From NCBI RefSeq assembly GCF_009914755.1, contig NC_060925.1: 64,000 nucleotides of DNA, one strand, 5' to 3'. Positions 62,491 to 64,000 of the stretch are shown here, piece after piece (within the stretch, counting starts at the first letter, position 1; each line of letters begins with the position of its first letter). Source of the DNA: the human T2T-CHM13v2.0 reference genome, Homo sapiens. A program made the translations under genes and the position numbers. The notes under the pieces were generated by a model. It was given only the letters and a program-made list of their open reading frames with translations. It ran no database searches and was not told the origin of the DNA.

Positions 62491-64000
62491 TGAGGCCTTC
62501 TTTGGAAACGGGATTTCTTCATATTATGCTAGACAGAAGAATTCTCAGTAACTTCCTTGTGTTGTGTGTATTCAACTGACAGAGTTGAACTTTCATTTAG
62601 AGAGAGCAGATTTGAAACACTGTTTTTGTGGAATTTGCAATTGGAGATTTCAAGCGCTTTGGGGCCAAAGGCAGAAAAGGAAATATCTTCGTATAAAAAC
62701 TAGACAGAATGATTCTCAGAAACTCCTTTGTGATGTGTGCGTTCAACTCACAGAGTTTAACTTTTCTTTTCATAGAGCAGTTAGGAAACACTCTGTTTGT
62801 AAAGTCTGCAAGTGGATATTCAGACCTCCTTGAGGCCTTCTTTGGAAACGGGATTTCTTCATATTCTGCTAGACAGAAGAATTCTCAGTAACTTCCTTGT
62901 GTTGTGTGTATTCAACTCACAGAGTTGAACGATCCTTTACACAGAGCAGACTTGAAACACTCTTTTTGTGGAATTTGCAAGTGGAGATTTCAGCCGCTTT
63001 GAGGTCAATGGTAGAAAAGGAAATATCTTCGTATAAAGACTAGACAGAATGATTCTCAGAAACTCCTTTGTGATGTGTGCGTTCAACTCACAGAGTTTAA
63101 CCTTTCTTTTCATAGAGCAGTTAGGAAACACTCTGTTTGTAAAGTCTGCAAGTGGATATTCAGACCTCTTTGAGGCCTTCGTTGGAAACGGGATTTCTTC
63201 ATATTCTGCTAGACAGAAGAATTCTCAGTAACTTCCTTGTGTTGTGTGTATTCAACTCACAGAGTTGAACGATCCTTTACACAGAGCAGACTTGAAACAC
63301 TCTTTTTGTGGAATTTGCAAGTGGAGATTTCAGCCGCTTTGAGGTCAATAGTAGAAAAGGAAATATCTTCATAGAAAAACTAGACAGAATGATTCTCATA
63401 AACTCCTTTGTGATGTGTGCGTTCAACTCACAGAGTTTAACTTTTCTTTTCATAGAGCAGTTAGGAAACACTGTTTGTAAAGTCTGCAAGTGGATATTCA
63501 GACCTCTTTGAGGCCTTCGTTGGAAACGGGATTTCTTCATATTCTGCTAGACTGAAGAATTCTCAGTAACTTCCTTGTGTTGTGTGTATTCAACTCACTG
63601 AGTTGAACGATCCTTTACACAGAGCAGACTTGAAACATTCTTTTTGTGGAATTTGCAAGTGGAGATTTCAGCCGCTTTGAGGTCAATGGTAGAATAGGAA
63701 ATATCTTCCTATAGAAACTAGACAGAACGATTCTCAGAAACTCCTTTGTGATGTGTGCGTTCAACTCACAGAGTTTAACCTTTCTTTTCATAGAGCAGTT
63801 AGGAAACACTCTGTTTGTAAAGTCTGCAAGTGGATATTCAGACCTCTTTGAGGCCTTCGTTGGAAACGGGATTTCTTCATATTCTGCTAGACAGAAGAAT
63901 TCTCACTAACTTCCTTGTGTTGTGTGTATTCAACTCACAGATTTGAACGATCCTTTACACAGAGCAGACTTGAAACACTCTTTTTGTGGAATTTGCAAGT

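Larger units (their letters stand above)
1..64000 (+). repeat. Centromeric alpha-satellite higher-order-repeat array, suprachromosomal family 1 (J1/J2 ~340-bp dimer); likely human D1Z7/D5Z2/D19Z3 (S1C1/5/19H1L)
   Basis: AGTAACTTCCTTGTGTTGTG recurs at 1, 341, 681, 1019 and onward to the end of the window. Each unit is two related ~171/169-bp monomers. A CENP-B box occurs in every second monomer, and GAATTC occurs once in most dimers (first at 333-338). Dimer-to-dimer identity is high throughout. The chr1/5/19 assignment comes from recognising the sequence, not from a search. Confidence 0.97.

Noticed and set aside
51-63809. Hundreds of 60-110 aa ORFs on both strands (MILRNSF..., MFPNCSM..., MEFASGD..., MCIQLTE...)
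   Set aside because: They recur with the 340-bp period, overlap on opposite strands, mostly begin at GTG/TTG or incidental ATG codons, and are freely broken by indels and stops. They show no recognisable domain. They are chance open frames in satellite DNA.
1-64000. CRISPR-like array (regularly spaced conserved motifs with a palindrome)
   Set aside because: The sequence between motifs is itself repeated rather than unique spacers, the period is 170/340 bp, and there are no cas genes.
1-64000. Transposon (L1/Alu) insertion, inversion or non-satellite island
   Set aside because: The dimer phase is continuous with only 1-5 bp indels, all CENP-B boxes are on the same strand, and I saw no poly(A) tail or foreign sequence.
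1-64000. Assignment to one chromosome, or to the active kinetochore (CDR) site
   Set aside because: The family is shared by chromosomes 1, 5 and 19, and kinetochore position is epigenetic. Deciding this needs alignment to T2T assemblies and methylation/CENP-A data.

Overview
The whole 64 kb window is an uninterrupted, single-orientation array of primate centromeric alpha satellite, almost certainly human. It is built from about 188 head-to-tail ~340-bp dimers (about 376 monomers of ~171/169 bp). Each dimer pairs a monomer with a pJalpha-type box and a monomer with a 17-bp CENP-B box (CTTCGTTGGAAACGGGA), and usually carries one EcoRI site. This is the suprachromosomal family 1 (J1/J2) pattern, and the sequence resembles the HOR family shared by chromosomes 1, 5 and 19 (D1Z7/D5Z2/D19Z3; S1C1/5/19H1L). 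I cannot tell which chromosome from the sequence alone. I found no genes, RNA genes, transposon insertions, inversions or CRISPR arrays. All listed ORFs are incidental readings of the satellite. I see no evidence for a new gene-based biological system. The notable content is the array architecture: variable HOR lengths (6- to 34-mer), nested tandem duplications (340, 680, 1020/1360, 2040, 2378, 2382, 4416 and an apparently exact 6800 bp), reciprocal hybrid dimers, a sub-lineage boundary near 16 kb, and a run of four consecutive disrupted CENP-B boxes at 41.8-42.8 kb. All variant calls were made by eye and should be confirmed by alignment.
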